Assembly: GCA_003552985.1 (NCBI GenBank)
Contig: PUPD01000115.1
Location: 1 to 62,080, forward strand
Length of the DNA stretch: 62,080 bases
Direction of reading: 5' to 3'
Source of the DNA: Spirochaetaceae bacterium
Lineage (GTDB): Bacteria; Spirochaetota; Spirochaetia; DSM-27196; SLAA01
Notes under the pieces: model-generated
The model's database searches: none
What the model saw: only the letters and a program-made list of their open reading frames with translations
What the model was told of the DNA's origin: nothing
In this document: positions 45,989-54,921 of the stretch, piece after piece
Layout: the number at the start of each line of letters is the position of its first letter
Numbering within the stretch: the stretch's first letter is position 1
Made by a program: the position numbers and the translations under genes

Positions 45989-47875
45989 TCAGAACAAGGT
46001 AACCTCACCGGAGGCGACGTCATCTTCCACTTCGAACTCGACAAGCTCTCCTGCAGCGATCTTGTGGGTGAAGAAAGTAAGCCTTTCGATTATGGCCTGC
46101 AAGCGCTCGTTCCCAATCTGCCAGCTATCCACCTCGTGTTTTCGCAACAGCGGCTCCATCTGCGCAGTCGCCCGCTCGCGGATCTCGCTGGTTTTGGCCT
46201 TGATGCGCCGCAGCTCCGCGAGCAGCGTATCGAGGTTCTGCAGGTCTTCGGCCGCTTCATCGATCAGCGTCAGAAAGCGACCGGTGAACACCGAGAATCC
46301 GCCAATCGCCTCGAGTAACTCATTCTGAACCTGATAGAGCTCGGAGTACCCCTGCTTGATTGCGGAGTGAAACTCGCGTGCAAGCCGATGCTCGGTGTCG
46401 GCGCCGGTCTGATGCTCGCGAAGCAGCTCGCTCGTTTCGCTGATGAAGCGCTTCGTTGCCTGCAGAGAGCGATCGACATCGCGCTCGATCTTCCTGGTGA
46501 GGCTGTTCATCCGGCCGACCGTATCGGACATCTGCTGGAGAACCTGCTGCTTTGCGACCTCTATGCGCGAGGCAACATCGATACTGCGAAACCGGGTGAT
46601 GATTCGGGTAAAGGTCTCGAAATCGTTCTCGAGCAACCCAACCTCCCGGAGCAAACGCTGTGATTCGCTCGCGACCTGTTCCTTCATCTTGAGCGAAGCC
46701 GACAGGTCGGCAAGCAACTCCTCTATCAGGTTCGAGGAGCGCTCATACAGCTCGTGAAGATCCACGCTTTCCGGCCCCACCGGGTGATTCTCAGACGGTG
46801 GTAACGCTGCGCCGGCGCTGCTTTCACCTTCAGGGATATTCAGCAACACCCGGCGCTCGCGCTCGGCGGTTTCAATCAACTCGCGGCAAACGCCGATCTG
46901 GTCCCGGAACACCGCCACACTGCCTTCGAGCTTGGCAGCGGCGTCGTCGAGCAGCTCACCGCACAGCGGCGGCAGTAGCTGGAGGAAGCGCAGCTCGTCG
47001 AGAAGGTTGATCTCATCGGTCTCGTCGCTGTCTTGCGAGATCTCGTGCAGCGAGATGATGACGTGGTCGATCGACTGTTTGATCACGTGGTGTAGCTGCA
47101 CTTCTTCCATGATGCGATTCAACGGCTGGGTGACCTGGCCAGCCTGTTCGTGGACGCGGCGCACGGTCTCGACGACATGCGTCACGCCGTCACGGAGCTC
47201 GCCGAAGCTGCTCTCGAGGCGCTCACGCAGATGACCGGACAGGCGCTGCTGAAAATCAGACGCCTGCTGCAGGGAGCTGCGAAATCGCTCGAAGGTGTCC
47301 TGAAGCGCCGCTCCACGGCGTGTGATCTCTTCGGTCAGGCGGATTGTGCTTTCGGATATTCGCTTGAGCTCCTCCGTGATGTAGGAGAACGCGCGCCCGG
47401 CGCTCCCGGACTTCAGCGCGACCGTCATCGCATTAAGCGAAACCAGCTCCATCTCAATTGAGTCGTCTTTGATCTCGGCGATGTCGTTGTCCAGCGCGGT
47501 GAGATGTTCCAGCTGTGATCTGAGGCGGTCGAGCAGCTGTTCATCGGCACCGTGCAGGCTCTCGAACGAGGCGATTGTTGTGGTGATGCGTTGCTGGGTG
47601 CGGCTGACGGTATCGGCCAACGACGCGCGGCTCCGAGCGCTCATCCCGTCCCGTCCGGATGCTCGGTTCGCCTCTAAGCTCGCGAGCGTGCCGCGTGAGC
47701 GCGCAAGGCTGCTCTGCATCTCCCGCAGAAGCTCGGGAAAGCGACGCCCCAGTCGAAGGTAAGCCGTTTCACTGCGCGCCACGACGTCTCTGAGCGCCGT
47801 TATGAGCTCATCACGCAGCGTGGCGTCGGTGTTATTCATACCGTTCAGTGTAGGTGATCCTCCTGCGGGTAGCAA
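45989..47875 (-). CDS. Cytoplasmic methyl-accepting-chemotaxis-protein-like coiled-coil protein with a degenerate signalling hairpin
   Basis: No hydrophobic segments. LVSLNAMTVALKSGSAGRAFSYITEELKRIS aligns with the MCP tip consensus [31 protein letters not shown]. The start is uncertain (TTG at 47875 or ATG at 47839). Confidence 0.55.
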   Translation of the reverse strand: MLPAGGSPTLNGMNNTDATLRDELITALRDVVARSETAYLRLGRRFPELLREMQSSLARSRGTLASLEANRASGRDGMSARSRASLADTVSRTQQRITTTIASFESLHGADEQLLDRLRSQLEHLTALDNDIAEIKDDSIEMELVSLNAMTVALKSGSAGRAFSYITEELKRISESTIRLTEEITRRGAALQDTFERFRSSLQQASDFQQRLSGHLRERLESSFGELRDGVTHVVETVRRVHEQAGQVTQPLNRIMEEVQLHHVIKQSIDHVIISLHEISQDSDETDEINLLDELRFLQLLPPLCGELLDDAAAKLEGSVAVFRDQIGVCRELIETAERERRVLLNIPEGESSAGAALPPSENHPVGPESVDLHELYERSSNLIEELLADLSASLKMKEQVASESQRLLREVGLLENDFETFTRIITRFRSIDVASRIEVAKQQVLQQMSDTVGRMNSLTRKIERDVDRSLQATKRFISETSELLREHQTGADTEHRLAREFHSAIKQGYSELYQVQNELLEAIGGFSVFTGRFLTLIDEAAEDLQNLDTLLAELRRIKAKTSEIRERATAQMEPLLRKHEVDSWQIGNERLQAIIERLTFFTHKIAAGELVEFEVEDDVASGEVTLF

Positions 47876-47902
47876 GGCGTGACGGTGCCTCCCTGCAGCA
47901 AA

Positions 47903-47929
47903 GAGGCCGGACCTCAGTGGTCCGGCCTC
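47903..47929 (-). terminator. Possible terminator hairpin after the sugar-ABC ATPase gene
   Basis: An 11-bp perfect stem (gaggccggacc / ggtccggcctc) with a 5-nt loop. The minus strand follows it with only TTT. Confidence 0.4.
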
Positions 47930-47964
47930 AGCGTTTACCGTAGGAGGTGACGAAACTGCTTCGT

Positions 47965-49080
47965 CTATTGCTTAATTCCCGCCTCTACCGAGAGCGCTTT
48001 CTCAGTCTCGATATCGAACAATACCGTCTTCTCGAGCGGCAGCAGGAGCTTAACTTGATCGCCGACATGGATTGTCGTATCCGGCGATAGGCGTGCGATG
48101 ATCTGGTGGCTGCCGGTGTTGACGTAGATGTGGATCTCCGCACCAAGCGGCTCCACGACGTCGACCGTGCCTACGATGTAGGTTCCTTCCGCGGCGTTCA
48201 TGTCGTACTTCATGTCCTCGGGCCGGATTCCGAGAACCATCTGGCGCCCGACATACGGCTTGGCAATCTCGGCTTGCGCGCCGGTGACAACGCGCTTGAA
48301 GTTACCTTCGTCGGCGACAACTTTGTTACCTTCCTCGGTGATGGATACGGTCATGAAGTTCATCGGCGGCGACCCGATGAAGCCGGCTACGAAGCGGTTG
48401 ATCGGCTTGTTGTACAGCTCAAGCGGCGCACCAATCTGTTGGATCAGGCCGTCCTTCATCACCACGATCTTGTCACCCATCGTCATGGCTTCCACCTGGT
48501 CGTGCGTAACGTATATCAGGGTAGCCTGCAGTCGGTGATGCAACGAGGCGATCTCGGCGCGCATCTGTACGCGCAGCTTGGCGTCGAGGTTCGAAAGCGG
48601 CTCATCGAAGAGGAACACCTTAGGGTGTCGTACGATCGCGCGACCGACCGCCACGCGCTGGCGCTGCCCGCCGGAAAGTGCTTTCGGCTTGCGGTCAAGG
48701 AGCTGCTGAATGTCGAGAATGCGAGCGGCTTCATCGACCCGCTTCTTGATCTCTTCCTTCTGGAACTTGCGGATCTTGAGACCGAACGCCATGTTGTCGT
48801 ACACCGTCATGTGCGGGTACAACGCGTAGTTCTGGAACACCATCGCGATATCGCGATCCTTCGGCGGCACGTCGTTTACGAGCTTGCCGTCGATGTACAG
48901 CTCACCGCTGGTGATGTCCTCAAGCCCCGCTACCATGCGGAGCGTGGTGCTCTTCCCACACCCGGACGGGCCGACGAGAACGACGAACTCCTTGTCCTGG
49001 ATGGTGAAGTCAGCTTCCTGGACTGCGGTCACATTGCCTTCATAGACCTTGGTGACCTTCTTCAATTCTACTGTTGCCAT
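47965..49080 (-). CDS. Sugar-type ABC transporter ATP-binding protein (MsmX/UgpC/MalK-like)
   Basis: GPSGCGKST, LSGGQRQRVAVGRA and FLFDEPLSNLD, plus a C-terminal TOBE-like regulatory domain. Confidence 0.85.
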   Translation of the reverse strand: MATVELKKVTKVYEGNVTAVQEADFTIQDKEFVVLVGPSGCGKSTTLRMVAGLEDITSGELYIDGKLVNDVPPKDRDIAMVFQNYALYPHMTVYDNMAFGLKIRKFQKEEIKKRVDEAARILDIQQLLDRKPKALSGGQRQRVAVGRAIVRHPKVFLFDEPLSNLDAKLRVQMRAEIASLHHRLQATLIYVTHDQVEAMTMGDKIVVMKDGLIQQIGAPLELYNKPINRFVAGFIGSPPMNFMTVSITEEGNKVVADEGNFKRVVTGAQAEIAKPYVGRQMVLGIRPEDMKYDMNAAEGTYIVGTVDVVEPLGAEIHIYVNTGSHQIIARLSPDTTIHVGDQVKLLLPLEKTVLFDIETEKALSVEAGIKQ

Positions 49081-49208
49081 GCGGACCTCCGTAGAGAGTT
49101 ATCTTATAGTAGTCCCATACTACGGTACATTCCCGTGCGTGTCAATCTTCCGCCCTTACGAATAAATAACTATTATGGAGTAAAACGAGATCGATTCGGA
49201 GCGGCGTT

Positions 49209-50456
49209 TCAATCGCCGCGGCGCATGAGCCAGGTACGCAGCCGCTGCTCGAGTGATTGCTCGGTGCTCCCCTGTGTCAGCCGGCGTTTGAGCCACGGCT
49301 CGATCTCGTCTCTACGCAGCCGCTGCCAGTATTCCGGATGGGCATTCGGAAAACGCAGGAAGCGGTTGGGAGGCACACGCCCCAACAGCTCGGGGTAGTA
49401 GCGCGGAAACAGTTCCTCGTTCACCGCGGTCACTGCCGAGAAGCCGCCGAGGATGCCGAACGACTGAATGCGCTTGCGCTGCAGGTCCTGAAGCAGCAGT
49501 TCCTGCGTCTCACGGCGGTAGAGCCACTCCAGGAAGCTCTCGGCGCCGTCACGGTTTTGCGCCGTCCGGCTTATCGCCGTCGAGACCGGCCCGTCCAGCA
49601 CCCGTATCATACGGTCGTCAGCCAACCAGCGATAATCGAGCGCCTCGCGTTGCGCTTCGCGCTTCGAGAAGAAATCGCTCGCGGAGCGGTACGCGAATCT
49701 GATCCGCTCGCGCATCAGGAGCTGATAATCCGGATCGTACAGGTAGCGGTCGGTAAACCGGGCCACCTCGTCGTTGCCTTCGTTGTGCTCGGCTTCCCAC
49801 TCCTCGAGATACTCCAGTGTCTTACTTAGGGCAGTCTCGCTCCAGTCCGGCATTTCGCGGTCGGCTTCCCGAAAGCCTACACCGCGCGCCTGCGCCAAGG
49901 TATACAGAAATGCAGCGTTCCATTGGGGGGAGAAGCCCATCCGGGTGAATCTGCCGTCGGAACGTTGATTGAAGGCCGAACCGAGCTCACGCAGCTCGGC
50001 GGTATCGATCGCGTAGGTCCCGAGCTCGAGGTCCGCGTCACGGTTGAACATGATCACGGGGAGGTCGAACGACAGCGGCAGGAAGCGCTGACTGCCGTCG
50101 AACCGCCCGAGCGCAAGCAGGTCCGGATAGAACGCCTCCTCGTCTACGCGCCCTGTGGACAATAGGCGATCGAGCGGACGCATGAGCTCAGCCGTGTCCC
50201 GATTAGCAAGATAACGCGAAATGAGGAGATCGGGCTGATCTTCGGCGCGACGCAAGCGCTCAGCCGGCCGCTCGTGGTACTGGAGCTCGGCTCGGTACGA
50301 GCTCTGGGCGGAGTTGAACAACTCGATGTAGGCTGCGACTTCGGGAATATCCGACCATACAACGACGCGGTTGGCCGATTCATCGGCACACCCGGCTACC
50401 GCTACAACCAGCGCAGCGGCACCCAGCACCATCCCAGGGACTCGAGCAATGCGCAT
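49209..50456 (-). CDS. Lipoprotein, extracellular solute-binding-protein-like
   Basis: The start is set at MRIARVPGMVLGAAALVVAVAGC (lipobox). The periplasmic-binding-protein resemblance is tentative. Confidence 0.45.
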   Translation of the reverse strand: MRIARVPGMVLGAAALVVAVAGCADESANRVVVWSDIPEVAAYIELFNSAQSSYRAELQYHERPAERLRRAEDQPDLLISRYLANRDTAELMRPLDRLLSTGRVDEEAFYPDLLALGRFDGSQRFLPLSFDLPVIMFNRDADLELGTYAIDTAELRELGSAFNQRSDGRFTRMGFSPQWNAAFLYTLAQARGVGFREADREMPDWSETALSKTLEYLEEWEAEHNEGNDEVARFTDRYLYDPDYQLLMRERIRFAYRSASDFFSKREAQREALDYRWLADDRMIRVLDGPVSTAISRTAQNRDGAESFLEWLYRRETQELLLQDLQRKRIQSFGILGGFSAVTAVNEELFPRYYPELLGRVPPNRFLRFPNAHPEYWQRLRRDEIEPWLKRRLTQGSTEQSLEQRLRTWLMRRGD

Positions 50457-50530
50457 ATTGGCGCCATCGTACGGACAGAGCGCATCGCTGTCAACGCGGG
50501 TCATTCCGCCGCCGGCTCCGGCCCCCAAAG

Positions 50531-51463
50531 TCAGCGTCGAAACTGCAGCTCGCGCCCCTTGCGCGCCGCTTCCTCGACAGCCGCAAGGGCTGCGTTTGCC
50601 AAGTCCTGCGGCGACTGCATGCGTCGCTCATAGGCTGCCACGCCGCAGCGTAGCTCAGCATTGCAGCGGTCGAGGCAATGTTGCAGCTCGCGATCGTGGC
50701 GCAGCCGCTCTATCAGCCGCTGCACCGGGACTTCGGCCAGTGCGACGTTTGTGCGGGCAAGCAGGACCCAAACGGTGTCACGCGCGTAACGCCCGCAGCG
50801 GTCCGAGCGCCTCAAATACGGGTCGATCGCACGCTGCAACGCTTCGGCGATGGAATCGAGGTCGGTGGAGCCGGCTTTCGATTCCGGGAACGCCCGTATC
50901 ATGATCAACGCCACCGGATCGCCATAGCGGACCGCTCCGTCCCAGTAGATGTGTATCTGGTCGCTAAACTCAGGGCCGGCGATCTCTTTGACCCAATCGA
51001 CAGCGCTCAGATTCACAAGGAGGGCGAAGAAGACCGCGCGGTACGCCCAACCGTACGCGGCGGTCAAGACAATCAGAACGGTTAGCGGCATCAGCGGGGA
51101 CACCTCGGCCAACGCCGAAGCCTCCAGATACGAGGGAGCCGACGGATAGAGCGCGGCGAGTCCAAGCAAGAATGCCAGAAACACCGCCGGGAAGAACCCC
51201 GCGATCGGCAGGTTGGGACGCTGGCTCTGCATTCGGAGCTCGAGACGCAGCAGGACGCCCCCGAAACTCGCCGCAGCCGCAAGCAGCAGGAGTTGCGTCA
51301 CAAGAGCGAGACTATTGGCCTGTCCGCCGTAACGAAGGGTGAGAATTGCCCCGGCTGCAAGCACAGTGGCCGCGGCGATGATCGCCCCCGTCTTGAGAAT
51401 AACCGAGGTTTGGGTGGCCATCAGCAGCGCTTTACGTTCCCGCTGATCAATAGGCCTGGGCAT
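50531..51463 (-). CDS. Membrane protein with a C-terminal degenerate GGDEF-like domain
   Basis: About five hydrophobic segments, then the GGDEF-domain layout (RRSDRCGRY-ARDTV-WVLLARTN...AALAAVEEAARKGR), with the GGDEF motif replaced by ARDTV. Confidence 0.45.
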   Translation of the reverse strand: MPRPIDQRERKALLMATQTSVILKTGAIIAAATVLAAGAILTLRYGGQANSLALVTQLLLLAAAASFGGVLLRLELRMQSQRPNLPIAGFFPAVFLAFLLGLAALYPSAPSYLEASALAEVSPLMPLTVLIVLTAAYGWAYRAVFFALLVNLSAVDWVKEIAGPEFSDQIHIYWDGAVRYGDPVALIMIRAFPESKAGSTDLDSIAEALQRAIDPYLRRSDRCGRYARDTVWVLLARTNVALAEVPVQRLIERLRHDRELQHCLDRCNAELRCGVAAYERRMQSPQDLANAALAAVEEAARKGRELQFRR

Positions 51464-51665
51464 CGAGACTCCCCGGAAGCTCGACTCGCACGTCGATACG
51501 TGCGAGAATCGGTACGGCTACCGTGACCATGTGTCCGAGTCTACCCCGCAAGCGGGAGGGACGCAAGCACCGCGCGACACCGGCGGGGAAAACGGCGATT
51601 AACCGCGTCGGTAACCGGGGCCAAAGAATAACCAATCCATAATTCTGTACAGGGGAGACATCAGC

Positions 51666-52547
51666 ATGCAGAACATCGGCTGGATCGGAACGGGAATCAT
51701 GGGAAAGAGTATGTGTCGTCATCTGATTGACGCCGGATACTCGGCATCAGTTTACACGCGTACCAAAGACAAAGCGGAAGAGTTGATCGCAGCGGGGGCG
51801 AGGTGGTGTGAGTCACCCAAGGGCGTAGCGGAGCGCAGCGACTGCATCTTCACGATTGTGGGGTACCCCAAGGATGTGCGCGAGGTGATCCTTGGCGACG
51901 ACGGCGTGCTCGCCGGATCCCGCCCGGGCAGCATCATTGTGGATATGACGACCTCGGAACCGGCGTTAGCGGAGGAGATCGCAGCCGCCGCGGCTCAGAA
52001 AGGGGTCGCGGCGCTCGATGCGCCGGTCTCGGGCGGCGATCTGGGAGCACGCAACGGCACCCTCGCTATCATGTGCGGCGGTGACTCCGAAACCTACGAG
52101 AAGGTGTTGCCGTTGCTGCAGTGCATGGGCGAGCGGATCTCGCTTCTCGGGGGAGCTGGGCGTGGTCAACACACCAAGATGTGCAATCAGATCCTGGTTG
52201 CCTCCGGCATCGTCGGAATGGTAGAAGCATTGCTGTACGCGCAAAAGGCCGGGCTCGATGCCGAACAGGTCATTGAGATCGTCGGCAGTGGTGCAGCCGC
52301 CTCGTGGGCTATCAACAACCTCGGCCCGCGCATCGCCCGCGGCGATTACGATCCCGGCTTCATGATCCGCCATTTTCTCAAAGATATGGGAATAGCGCTG
52401 GAGGAAGCCAAGCGCTTGAAGCTCTCGTTGCCGGGCCTCGCGCTCACGCAGGAGCTCTACACGGCTGCCGCCGCGCAGGGTCTCGAAGATCTCGGCACCC
52501 ACGGGCTGTACAAGATCCTCGCCGAGCTCAACGGGATGCGGGCCTGA
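51666..52547 (+). CDS. NAD(P)-dependent oxidoreductase, 3-hydroxyisobutyrate / 2-hydroxy-3-oxopropionate reductase family
   Basis: IGWIGTGIMGKSM Rossmann motif and the family pattern (DAPVSGG, GxGQxxKxxNQ). Confidence 0.8.
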   Translation: MQNIGWIGTGIMGKSMCRHLIDAGYSASVYTRTKDKAEELIAAGARWCESPKGVAERSDCIFTIVGYPKDVREVILGDDGVLAGSRPGSIIVDMTTSEPALAEEIAAAAAQKGVAALDAPVSGGDLGARNGTLAIMCGGDSETYEKVLPLLQCMGERISLLGGAGRGQHTKMCNQILVASGIVGMVEALLYAQKAGLDAEQVIEIVGSGAAASWAINNLGPRIARGDYDPGFMIRHFLKDMGIALEEAKRLKLSLPGLALTQELYTAAAAQGLEDLGTHGLYKILAELNGMRA

Positions 52548-52657
52548 CTGGAGCTTCGCGCTGACCGGGGCGCGGGCGAACGCGGCCGCTCTGTGCGGTG
52601 CTGTGCCGCGGGGGGTAGCGTGCCGGGGCGGAGGTGGGCCCGTGCGGTGGAGTGCCG

Positions 52658-53812
52658 TTACACGAGCGCTTCCAGCTCGCGATCAAACAGCGGGGCGAGT
52701 ACCCGGCAGTCAAATCGCGCAAAGGCGTGTTGCAGGGAAGCCGTAAGTGCGCGGCGTTCGGCGGTCGGCCGGCTGAGATGCCGCCTCAGCAACTCGTAGA
52801 GGTGCCTCTCGTCCTGATAGAGACACTCGCGGTGAAACTCGTCCGGGACGAGCTCGGGGTATGACAGTCGGTGGGGCAACACCGGCAGGCATCCGCACAG
52901 TACCGCCTCGCACACCGCTATTCCGAAGTTCTCCTGCTCCGCAGTACTGACCACGATCTCGCCGCGTTCCAGCCAGGTCTGATACTCATCGCGCGATTCA
53001 ACGTAGCCGTAATGCCGGACACGATCACCGAGCTCGGACACGGCGCGATCCATGCGACGGCGCATAGAGGTAGACCGTTCGCCTAGCAGAACTACCTCGA
53101 ACGGCAGCTGCGCGGATGCGAGTCGGTTGAGTGTGCGGAAAAAGACTCCGGGAGCCTTATCGTATTCCAGTCGGTGATTCCAGACGATGGGCGGCACCTG
53201 CTGCGAACCGTGGTTGGAACCGTGGCTGGGGACGGACGCCGAGCTCATCACGACCGGCCGCGGAGGGCGCGGTAGATTGGCGCCCGGGTAGTGAACCCCG
53301 GCGGCGGTAGCGGCCTCGTCAGCCGCTGCGAGCCGCACTGCCGCGCCGTGATCCGAAGAGTTACGGTACTCCGACAGGACGGCGTGCGCCGCCGAGACAA
53401 AGGCCGCACGGTGGGTATTGGAGTTGAACAGCGTGCGGTCGGCGGCGGCGACGTTCTTGATCTCCTGCAGGAAGAGCTCGCGCGGCGGCAGCCGATGACG
53501 GGTCGGCGGATAGGTGAGCTGACTCTCGTGCATGTACAGGAGCACCGGTGGCACCGGTCCGCGCTCGGCGAAGAGTGCGCGCAGCTCCGTGAGGTCGATG
53601 AGGTCGCTGACGATAAGCCCGTCGTACGAGCATGCGGCATCGACACGCTCGATCAGCTCCCACGCCGCGGTCTGCATGCGTTGGCGCCACTGCCGGGCGG
53701 GCAAGGTGAGCAACGTAATCTCATGCGCCGATCGGGAGACAACCGAATCGGCGAACGCGCGGTGCGAACCGCCGTAGAAGGATTCCAGGAAGAGAAAGCG
53801 AAGCCGCTTCAC
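52658..53812 (-). CDS. DUF3524 + GT1-type glycosyltransferase, homolog of eukaryotic GTDC1 (tRNA-queuosine alpha-mannosyltransferase family)
   Basis: ESFYGGSHRAF, TLPARQWRQRMQ, DLTELRAL, LLYMHESQLTYP and LFNSNTH parallel the human GTDC1 N-terminal domain as I recall it. The GTG start overlaps the preceding stop. Confidence 0.65.
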   Translation of the reverse strand: MKRLRFLFLESFYGGSHRAFADSVVSRSAHEITLLTLPARQWRQRMQTAAWELIERVDAACSYDGLIVSDLIDLTELRALFAERGPVPPVLLYMHESQLTYPPTRHRLPPRELFLQEIKNVAAADRTLFNSNTHRAAFVSAAHAVLSEYRNSSDHGAAVRLAAADEAATAAGVHYPGANLPRPPRPVVMSSASVPSHGSNHGSQQVPPIVWNHRLEYDKAPGVFFRTLNRLASAQLPFEVVLLGERSTSMRRRMDRAVSELGDRVRHYGYVESRDEYQTWLERGEIVVSTAEQENFGIAVCEAVLCGCLPVLPHRLSYPELVPDEFHRECLYQDERHLYELLRRHLSRPTAERRALTASLQHAFARFDCRVLAPLFDRELEALV

Positions 53813-54921
53813 GGCCTGCGCTCCGGAGGCAAGACCGGCATGTCGTCCAGGAAATGTGTGATAGCCTCGAAAACCTGGCGGCGCAACGGCTCCGGCTCGT
53901 TGAAGAGGTTGTGCCGGGCTCCTTCGACGGTAACGGCGTGATGAATCGGGAAACGCTCCTTCAGATACGCGCGGTTGTAGTCGTTATCGACGACGGTGTC
54001 GTTCTCGGCGAAGACCATCAGAAGCGGGACCCGGCGGGGCCGATATCCGCGGCTACGTTCTTCCCAGGCCAGGTAGGTCACGGCCCAGCTCAACGGCACG
54101 CGGTACACTCCTAACGGGTCGTGTTTCTCGCTGAACTCGATAAACTCGGGGTCGGAGCTCGCCGCTTCGAGGCGGCGCCCGACGGTTTCAAAGAGCGGAG
54201 CGCCGATGCGAATCCCTGCCTGCGCAAGCGGCCAGAGCCAGATGCGCACCAGCGGGGCGGCAAATATGAGCGCGTCATAGCTGCCGCCGCAGTGTTCAAG
54301 ATGCTCGATTAGGGCCGCAGCTCCGGTGCTGTGGCCCACGCCGACGAGTGGGAGCTCCTCGCTGCCGAGGTGTGCGGAATCCCGTTCGCGCAGCACCGTG
54401 TCCAATGCCGGGAGCGCCTCGACGAGAACTCGGTCGAGTACGCGAGCGTAGTCACGGAATTCCTCTATCTCTCCACGCGGGCCGCTTGAGAGGCCATGCC
54501 CCGGAAGATCCGGAGCGACGATCGCATACCCCTCAGTAAGCAGCGCTCGCACCGCTTCACGATTGAGGCCGGCATGATCGAGATAGCCGTGCAACAGCAC
54601 CGCCACCCCATCAGGTACCGTTTCGGGGACGAAGAGCTGAACTGCGATCCGATGGTCTGCGGTCTGCACGGTTCCGATTCGCCACACAGCGTCTTCGAAC
54701 CATAACTCATAGTGCGTGCGGTATGCTTCCGCTACAGCGCGGGCCTGAGGATCAAGGTCTTCGGTCAGCGGGGGAAGCGTGTCTCGCAATATGCGCGCGG
54801 CTGTCTCGTCAAATGGGTGTGCAGCCGCACCCGGCACCGCAGTCGCACAGGAGGCGAGCGCGAGCGCGAGGGTTGTCAGAGCGCGCGTACCGGCTCGTAC
54901 ACGATCGGAGTCGCTCATCAC
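53809..54921 (-). CDS. Exported alpha/beta-fold hydrolase (lysophospholipase/monoacylglycerol-lipase-like)
   Basis: Signal peptide (ALTTLALALASCATA), the HG oxyanion motif (LLHGYLDH) and the nucleophile elbow (GHSTG). The start overlaps the mvk stop. Confidence 0.7.
   Translation of the reverse strand: MMSDSDRVRAGTRALTTLALALASCATAVPGAAAHPFDETAARILRDTLPPLTEDLDPQARAVAEAYRTHYELWFEDAVWRIGTVQTADHRIAVQLFVPETVPDGVAVLLHGYLDHAGLNREAVRALLTEGYAIVAPDLPGHGLSSGPRGEIEEFRDYARVLDRVLVEALPALDTVLRERDSAHLGSEELPLVGVGHSTGAAALIEHLEHCGGSYDALIFAAPLVRIWLWPLAQAGIRIGAPLFETVGRRLEAASSDPEFIEFSEKHDPLGVYRVPLSWAVTYLAWEERSRGYRPRRVPLLMVFAENDTVVDNDYNRAYLKERFPIHHAVTVEGARHNLFNEPEPLRRQVFEAITHFLDDMPVLPPERRP

Noticed and set aside
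48106-49398. A 430-aa ORF antisense to the sugar-ABC ATPase gene. Similar long antisense or alternate-frame ORFs occur at 60639-61964, 59801-60721, 58326-59141, 39586-40578, 20410-21129, 16717-17694, 10572-11348 and 2672-3685.
   Set aside because: Each lies entirely opposite a gene with strong family motifs and has an Arg/Ala/Gly/Pro-rich, low-complexity composition with no recognisable motif. Such stop-free shadow frames are typical in high-GC DNA.
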